A stretch of 64,000 nucleotides of DNA from a virus: positions 32,001-96,000 of the IMG/VR virus record IMGVR_UViG_3300045988_142085; one strand, 5' to 3'. The notes under the pieces are model-generated. The model did no database searches and was not told the DNA's origin. It saw nothing but the letters and a program-made list of their open reading frames with translations. Shown here piece after piece: positions 58,304 to 64,000 of this stretch (the first letter of the stretch is position 1; the number at the start of each line of letters is the position of its first letter). A program made the position numbers and the translations under genes.

Positions 58304-58586
58304 AATTTTCTAATAGCGTAGCGGTAATCGTTAAGAAGTCTTCCTTGTCGCTATTTTCATAATAGAAATTAATAGCAGAAGCTTTCTCGTAAATGTTCCA
58401 GTCAATCGCACAAGAATTTAATACGTCGCCATTCCATTCTAATGTAATCATAATATTCTTATCTCGATTAACAGTGATATCGAGATAATAATTACCTTGT
58501 TCTGTATGAATGAAATTGCCATTATTTAACCTTTCATCGATTAAATTTAATAATTTAATTTGCATATTAACAAGATTATTATTCAT
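58293..58586 (-). CDS. hypothetical protein
   Basis: ORF. Confidence 0.45.
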   Translation of the reverse strand: MNNNLVNMQIKLLNLIDERLNNGNFIHTEQGNYYLDITVNRDKNIMITLEWNGDVLNSCAIDWNIYEKASAINFYYENSDKEDFLTITATLLENYEI

Positions 58587-59160
58587 CTATTTCTTTATCT
58601 CCTTTAAATTCAGGATAATAATTAATATTATTAGCTTTAGGATGACCATTAATCAGTAAAAGCGCAGCCAAAACAATTTCAAGATTATTTTTATATAAAT
58701 TTTCAAAACTAATATGAATATTCTTAGGACCATTTCTTGTAAAATGGAACAAAAAAATTGACCTTGAACTTGTATCTGTTACAAGAGCTAATAATGGTGA
58801 AATATATCTATTTATTCCGACAACTTTTTTTAATGTTATTTGATAGTAAAAATCTTCGTAGCCTTGTCCTTTTTCAAAATATAATTCATAAGTAGAATCA
58901 TTATATTTAAATTTATTTGAACAGACTTTAATAAATTGATCTTTACTTAGTTTTGGTAAAATAACATAAAAAATATAGTTATATAAATGTTTACGATTTT
59001 GATCTGCTATTGCTAATTCTTTTCTATACCTTATTGTATATATCTTATTTCTTAATTTAGATATACCGTTAGTGATACTTTTAAAATCGACAATAAGAAT
59101 AGTAATAAAGCATATTATAAAAATAGCTTGTGTTACTTGAAAAACAACTTCTTCACTCAT
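58579..59160 (-). CDS. membrane-anchored hypothetical protein
   Basis: N-terminal TM helix. Confidence 0.45.
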   Translation of the reverse strand: MSEEVVFQVTQAIFIICFITILIVDFKSITNGISKLRNKIYTIRYRKELAIADQNRKHLYNYIFYVILPKLSKDQFIKVCSNKFKYNDSTYELYFEKGQGYEDFYYQITLKKVVGINRYISPLLALVTDTSSRSIFLFHFTRNGPKNIHISFENLYKNNLEIVLAALLLINGHPKANNINYYPEFKGDKEIDE

Positions 59161-59438
59161 AATGCCGGATTAAGAATATCGTATAATAAAGTTAAATCTT
59201 TAACGTTAATATACTTATTCGTTTTATTGTTATAAATAGCGCGTTTAGGTAAATCTTTACAAGGATATTCGATACCGAGATTTAGGATATTTTTCTTATC
59301 TTTAGATACTAAAATATCACCACTATCAAATTTCTTTTTATCTCGGTTATCGATACGAATATCATAACCATCGATCGCTAATTTTTTAACGCCTTTGATG
59401 GGTTCTAATTTATTAACGAGTTCTACAATTTTACCCAT
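59157..59438 (-). CDS. hypothetical protein
   Basis: ORF. Confidence 0.45.
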   Translation of the reverse strand: MGKIVELVNKLEPIKGVKKLAIDGYDIRIDNRDKKKFDSGDILVSKDKKNILNLGIEYPCKDLPKRAIYNNKTNKYINVKDLTLLYDILNPAL

Positions 59439-59440
59439 AA

Positions 59441-59839
59441 TTATTCCTCCGTTTCTTCTAACACCATTTTTAAAATATATAATTGATTTGCTAAATTCTT
59501 TTCTAGTGCCGGTATAACTTCTAAAAATTCTTTGTTTAAATCTTCGAAATATATTCCTGCAGATTCTAATTTATCTGCAGCAAAAACAATATTGATACTA
59601 CCAGATTCACATTTTCCTGTTTTTTGATTAACAAAAACTATATCTAAAGTATAGCTAATAGTTTCTATACCGACATAAATACTAATAGTATTAATTTGTA
59701 TTCCGACAGTGTCTAAATCAATAAGATATATAATGTCATCTTGTAACGCATAATATGATAACGACATTAATTTATCCATGAATTTAGGTGTTAAGTTTTT
59801 TAAATATTTTATATCTAATAATATTTCGGACATTCGCAT
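59441..59839 (-). CDS. hypothetical protein
   Basis: ORF. Confidence 0.45.
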   Translation of the reverse strand: MRMSEILLDIKYLKNLTPKFMDKLMSLSYYALQDDIIYLIDLDTVGIQINTISIYVGIETISYTLDIVFVNQKTGKCESGSINIVFAADKLESAGIYFEDLNKEFLEVIPALEKNLANQLYILKMVLEETEE

Positions 59840-60177
59840 TTCTTTTCAAAATATTTCCTATGATAACATAAAGCTAAAATTATTTTAAATAATTTAAATG
59901 GATTGTCGCCGCACATCATAGCATAATTATCTACAACAATATGATCTTTAATAATTTCGATACCGTAAATATATCGCCTACGGTCGTTGTTCTTAGAATA
60001 TAACGATACTTTAGATGTGCCGGCATACTTATCAAATCGAAACCAATCTTTATCAAATTTATAATAATTGCTAAGATAATGATTAGTATACAGTACCTCT
60101 TCAGCTATTTTAAACATAGCTTTAGATTTAATTTTTTCAGAATTTAACTGTTCAAAATCGATCATAATGTACACCAC
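59815..60177 (-). CDS. hypothetical protein
   Basis: ORF. Confidence 0.45.
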   Translation of the reverse strand: MVYIMIDFEQLNSEKIKSKAMFKIAEEVLYTNHYLSNYYKFDKDWFRFDKYAGTSKVSLYSKNNDRRRYIYGIEIIKDHIVVDNYAMMCGDNPFKLFKIILALCYHRKYFEKKCECPKYY

Positions 60178-60749
60178 ATAATTAAATTTTGCATCGTTCC
60201 ATTCACTAATAAATTCATTTTATTTGTATGTTCTCCAAGATTATAAACGACATAATATATTTTATTATCTAACGCATATATCAACATAAACGCAATAGGA
60301 TATTCTTCTTTAATAAACGATAACGATATTAATGCACTACCGTCTAAGCTTTCAACTTCAACACAATATTTATTATATTTAAATAATACTTGTCCTTCGT
60401 CCAAGTTGCAACAATTTAACGATAAATTTTCATAAATTTCTTGATTTACTTTATACTCATTAATCTTAATAGCTTTTTTAATCTCAGATATTGCAGTTAA
60501 AACATTTATTTTTGTTTTAGGATTATCACTAATTAAATTATTATTACTATCAATAGCAAATCTTAAAGTAAGATTGTCGAAATTATCACGAAGCTCGAAC
60601 AGTACTCCGATATTATTTTCATTAAAATATACTGACTCACAATGTAGATAACAATATATATTGTTGTACGGAATAGTAAGAAAATTGTCTTCTATTCTTA
60701 AAAAGCTTAAAAAATCTTGAAGTATAATTAATTCGTTTTTTGTAAACAT
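60162..60749 (-). CDS. hypothetical protein
   Basis: ORF. Confidence 0.45.
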   Translation of the reverse strand: MFTKNELIILQDFLSFLRIEDNFLTIPYNNIYCYLHCESVYFNENNIGVLFELRDNFDNLTLRFAIDSNNNLISDNPKTKINVLTAISEIKKAIKINEYKVNQEIYENLSLNCCNLDEGQVLFKYNKYCVEVESLDGSALISLSFIKEEYPIAFMLIYALDNKIYYVVYNLGEHTNKMNLLVNGTMQNLIMWCTL

Positions 60750-61384
60750 TCTAATTTATAAGCCTTAATATAATTAATATACAAATAAAGAAAATATCTC
60801 TTTAGCCTTTTGTCGATAAGTTTGTCATTCTTACTGATCGAAACATAAGCGTATTTACGATCTTTAGTATATTCAATAGTTATACAATTACTTTTATTTT
60901 TACCAAAATCAGTTTTTCGTATATGAAAATGACCGCCATATGCACTTAAGCTTATTGCTTTATGATATAGAACATTTTCAAATACTACTTCATAATGAGG
61001 AAATGCATTCGTCGGCCAATTTATACTATTAGAAATATCGAGAGCAAAACAAGTTTGATTACCTAATATTTCTTTAATATTATTTAAAATAATATCGAAG
61101 AATAATTCAGTTCGTAAATTATAGTCAAAAGCTTTTAGATAGATTTTCTTTTCAGTTTCATCGAGGCGCAAATGATAAGTAGCAACAGTAGCACCATTTT
61201 TATTTAACTCGACAATATCATAAAGATATTCATTACGTTTATCAGGATATAGTTTTCTAAACAAATATGTCATACCGTCATAATGTTTAGTTTTGCCGTT
61301 CATATTATAATCGACTAGTGCAACGAAAGCATTGCGAGCTTCTTGCTTGTTAAAGACTACTTCTTTCCAACTCAGATAGCTCAC
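60728..61384 (-). CDS. hypothetical protein
   Basis: ORF. Confidence 0.45.
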   Translation of the reverse strand: MSYLSWKEVVFNKQEARNAFVALVDYNMNGKTKHYDGMTYLFRKLYPDKRNEYLYDIVELNKNGATVATYHLRLDETEKKIYLKAFDYNLRTELFFDIILNNIKEILGNQTCFALDISNSINWPTNAFPHYEVVFENVLYHKAISLSAYGGHFHIRKTDFGKNKSNCITIEYTKDRKYAYVSISKNDKLIDKRLKRYFLYLYINYIKAYKLECLQKTN

Positions 61385-61976
61385 CTGCTTTCATACAATA
61401 TCCTAATAATAAATTAATAATAGCTAATACAAAATTCTGATTAGTTCTAGGCTTAGGAAATGCAACGATAACTTCATTGCCGAAAAATCTTGTTACATAG
61501 AAAAAATCTTTTGTTTTAAATTTACTATGTTTAACTTGGTAGAAACCAAGATTTCTTGGAACGATATTAACGAATTTCTCATATTGAATAATTTTATCTA
61601 AACAAGTTCTTCTTATATTTTTAGAATATTTAATCGTTCTAACGATAAATATATTTAAAAAATCATTCCATATCTCTCGTTGATATTCTTGAAAAATAGG
61701 ACTATCACATTGGACAAAGTTTCTTGGAACGTTATAAATAAAAGTTAATTTATATTTACTTTTTGTTATACTGTCCCAAATTGAAACTTTAATATTTAAC
61801 CAAATTCCGTTGCCATAACTAATAACTTCTTTACAAGAATATAATAATCTTCCATCAGAAGACTTATAACTAAATTCCCTTTGCCATTTTGTATAGCCCA
61901 TTAATGCGACTAGTCGACTTCTAATTTGACGAGCAAATTTTTTATCGTATTGAACTCTCATCGCAGTGCACCACAA
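61350..61976 (-). CDS. hypothetical protein
   Basis: ORF. Confidence 0.45.
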   Translation of the reverse strand: MWCTAMRVQYDKKFARQIRSRLVALMGYTKWQREFSYKSSDGRLLYSCKEVISYGNGIWLNIKVSIWDSITKSKYKLTFIYNVPRNFVQCDSPIFQEYQREIWNDFLNIFIVRTIKYSKNIRRTCLDKIIQYEKFVNIVPRNLGFYQVKHSKFKTKDFFYVTRFFGNEVIVAFPKPRTNQNFVLAIINLLLGYCMKAGELSELERSSL

Positions 61977-62034
61977 ACGAACACTGCGACAAGCATTAAC
62001 AATAAGATGCAGACTAAAGTACTTTCATCTTTCA

Positions 62035-62409
62035 TTATTTAACGTCCTCACAGAATTTAAAATTAAGATAATCGGCTAATACAACACCGATCATACTATG
62101 CAATACAACGCTAGTGTAATCATTAGAATATTCTTCTTCTGTGATATTATCATATAAAGATAGCTCAACAGCTAAGAATTCTTTATGACGACTAATGTTA
62201 ATATCCATGTAATTATTTTCACTAGCTACAGTTAAATAAAAAGATTTTAATTCTTTATTAATGTCGCTAATATAAGCAACAGACCAATATTGGCCCCACT
62301 GAGGAATGCTAGTGAACGTGTCATTTCTTCTAGTAAGCTCTTTATGCAATTTTTTAAATAAATCTTTACATTGTTTTTTATTATTCAAATTAATTTCAGT
62401 AGTAACCAT
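62035..62409 (-). CDS. hypothetical protein
   Basis: ORF. Confidence 0.45.
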   Translation of the reverse strand: MVTTEINLNNKKQCKDLFKKLHKELTRRNDTFTSIPQWGQYWSVAYISDINKELKSFYLTVASENNYMDINISRHKEFLAVELSLYDNITEEEYSNDYTSVVLHSMIGVVLADYLNFKFCEDVK

Positions 62410-62474
62410 AATAAGCCTCCATTAAATAAGTAACATTTTTATATATACTAAATTAAATAATAAACATAAAAATA

Positions 62475-62500
62475 CCGCCTATTTTATAATAGACGGTTAA
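62475..62500 (-). terminator. rho-independent terminator
   Basis: ACCGUCUAUU-AUAAAA-UAGGCGGU (one G.U pair) plus AUUUUUAUGUUUAUU on the minus strand. Confidence 0.45.
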
Positions 62501-62504
62501 ACAA

Positions 62505-62822
62505 TTAATCTTTTAATAACTGACCAATAATTTCTGGTAACAATTCCATAAGATCTTCAAAGTCTAAACAATATCGTGGTTCACAATCCGGAATAATATG
62601 AATCCCGTTATGATCTAAAAATGTATAGATATAAGCATCATCAACCAAACCTTCGTTATTGTCGATACCTAACTTAAAATGATCGTATTTGGGATAACTA
62701 ATATTATTATCGATACGCATGCTATAGACATTTTCTGCGCCACGATTATTATTTAAATTATTTACTAACATACGATATTTATCAGCATTAAGCTCTAAAT
62801 ATCGATAATCGATTGTAATCAT
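62505..62822 (-). CDS. hypothetical protein
   Basis: ORF. Confidence 0.45.
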   Translation of the reverse strand: MITIDYRYLELNADKYRMLVNNLNNNRGAENVYSMRIDNNISYPKYDHFKLGIDNNEGLVDDAYIYTFLDHNGIHIIPDCEPRYCLDFEDLMELLPEIIGQLLKD

Positions 62823-63037
62823 TTTTTCTTTTCCTTCGGTTGTTTAGTTTTAAAATTATTATATTTTAAACCATCTGGAGTAATTTGTACAGGCGACTGT
62901 TTAAACGTAATTTCTTTACCTTGATCTTGTTCGACTTTATAAGGGAATACATATCCGTTATATTCAGGTACATCGGTAGCTATAGCACCAACAGCAATTA
63001 AACTTAAAACACATAATAAAATAAATTTTTTATTCAT
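62819..63037 (-). CDS. small secreted/membrane protein
   Basis: N-terminal signal/TM segment. Confidence 0.45.
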   Translation of the reverse strand: MNKKFILLCVLSLIAVGAIATDVPEYNGYVFPYKVEQDQGKEITFKQSPVQITPDGLKYNNFKTKQPKEKKK

Positions 63038-63039
63038 AA

Positions 63040-63110
63040 TTCACCTTCTGACTGATGCGGTTGAGCGGATAACGCTGAAAGGAACCGCGAAAAGATTTCG
63101 GGCCGGAGGC
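63040..63110 (-). terminator. rho-independent terminator (two hairpins)
   Basis: GGCCUCCGGCC hairpin plus CGAAAUCUUUUCG, then a GCGGUUCC...CAACCGC stem on the minus strand. Shares the ...CCGAAAUC(A)UUUU motif with the 55975-56020 terminator. Confidence 0.45.
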
Positions 63111-63112
63111 CA

Positions 63113-63421
63113 CTATCTAAAAACAAGTTTCAATATTTCTTTCATTACATTGCCGCCTCTTTCAGAATTAAATACAATTCTATTACTAGAAACAGCAAAC
63201 TGATATTCAAAAAATGTAGGTTCATATATATTATAATTTTCATTAATTTCTTTAATAAAATCACATTGAATATCTAAATGAAAATTATTCATTCCTTCGT
63301 TTTTTTCTAGTGACCGAACTGGGCTTGTAACAGTTACGCCAGGTAGTTCAATTTCTTTATGTGCTTTAAGATAATTAATAACTTCGTCGATAACACAACC
63401 ATTCTTTAATTGAATGTACAA
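63113..63421 (-). CDS. hypothetical protein
   Basis: ORF. Confidence 0.45.
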   Translation of the reverse strand: MYIQLKNGCVIDEVINYLKAHKEIELPGVTVTSPVRSLEKNEGMNNFHLDIQCDFIKEINENYNIYEPTFFEYQFAVSSNRIVFNSERGGNVMKEILKLVFR

Positions 63422-63495
63422 ATTATGACACCACCTTTATCTAAATTTCACTATACACAATTTCTAAGAATAATTTAAATTCTAACCATAGTAAA

Positions 63496-63885
63496 CTAAA
63501 TGTAGTCAGCATAATTAATCCTTTTGCTTTCATTAAGATCACGATACATTTTATATATTAGATATTTAGCGAAAGTCTTGTTGAATAATCTTTTATTAGT
63601 AGAATTATGTTGAGTTATACTCATATGCAATATTTTATCGAAAATACAATCGTCGAAATCTATCGTTATTTTAAGTTTAAATGGGCAGAATGCCTCATTA
63701 AACGCTATCTTATATCGAACTTCTATTGTAAAATATCGAAACAAATCAGACATATTTTCATGAATAGGAATAGTTACTTCAAAATATTTATTATTCATAA
63801 ATATGAGACTAGACATAGTCATACTTCTCGTCGATATGTTATGCATATGATTGTGTATTTCCATTAACATTTTATATAAAAGCAT
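63496..63885 (-). CDS. hypothetical protein
   Basis: ORF. Confidence 0.45.
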   Translation of the reverse strand: MLLYKMLMEIHNHMHNISTRSMTMSSLIFMNNKYFEVTIPIHENMSDLFRYFTIEVRYKIAFNEAFCPFKLKITIDFDDCIFDKILHMSITQHNSTNKRLFNKTFAKYLIYKMYRDLNESKRINYADYI

Positions 63886-63887
63886 AA

Positions 63888-64000
63888 CTACACATTCATT
63901 TCGAAATAAGATACTGAAATAGTATGGCCTTTTTCATTTTTAACGATATGATTTTCGTTTGTAGTCGGACTTAACAAATCTTTACGATTAGATAATTGTT
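63888..64000 (-). CDS. hypothetical protein, C-terminal fragment (enters the window from beyond 64000)
   Basis: Open minus frame ...KNEKGHTISVSYFEMNV ending at TAG 63888-63890. Confidence 0.3.
   Translation of the reverse strand, partial: QLSNRKDLLSPTTNENHIVKNEKGHTISVSYFEMNV

Noticed and set aside
1-64000. CRISPR arrays, tRNA and rRNA genes.
   Set aside because: No array of regularly spaced direct repeats was found, and no cloverleaf-like 70-90 nt segments stood out. The structured non-coding stretches are accounted for by introns and terminators.

Overview
The window is one contiguous piece of a large, AT-rich (roughly 30% GC) dsDNA phage genome: a replication, recombination, nucleotide-metabolism and early-gene region. 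About 110 tightly packed genes lie almost all on the minus strand. I treat the plus-strand ORFs in the track as overlap artefacts. Recognisable genes (all minus strand):
- Replication: DnaE-type polymerase fragment, DnaG-like primase, SF2 helicase, UvrD-like helicase, SSB, HU-like protein, type II topoisomerase (GyrB-like and GyrA-like subunits).
- Recombination and proteolysis: RecA/UvsX-like recombinase, ClpP and ClpX.
- Nucleotide metabolism: thymidylate synthase, DHFR, guanylate kinase, NrdG-like activase.
- Other: Pnkp-like kinase/phosphatase/ligase RNA-repair enzyme, macro-domain protein, an AAA ATPase, and two tandem YadA-type trimeric autotransporter adhesins.

The outstanding feature is an extreme load of self-splicing-type (group I-like) introns, at least 11 in 64 kb, belonging to two sequence families:
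- SF2 helicase: 1 intron.
- UvrD helicase: 1 intron.
- AAA ATPase: 1 intron, carrying a multi-zinc-finger HNH ORF.
- recA-like gene: 2 introns.
- gyrB-like gene: 3 introns (one exon is invisible to ORF callers).
- clpX: 2 introns, one with a LAGLIDADG ORF.
- One intron sits exactly in a stop codon.

Three introns, from both families, sit at the identical GGT|AAAAC position inside Walker-A (GK[T/S]) codons of three unrelated ATPase genes. The stop-codon intron is followed by a terminator and then an IS200/IS605-type tnpB element with a hairpin-bearing left end. This is physically reminiscent of an IStron. A solo 160-bp copy of that end lies 2.4 kb away.

Signal peptides, a lipobox and YadA anchors suggest a diderm, low-GC host (Fusobacterium-like), but that is inference. 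Intron boundaries are derived by hand from motif restoration (P-loop, Toprim, RecA, ClpX, SNF2 motifs) and from U / omega-G splice-site rules. They are approximate to within a few nt unless stated.
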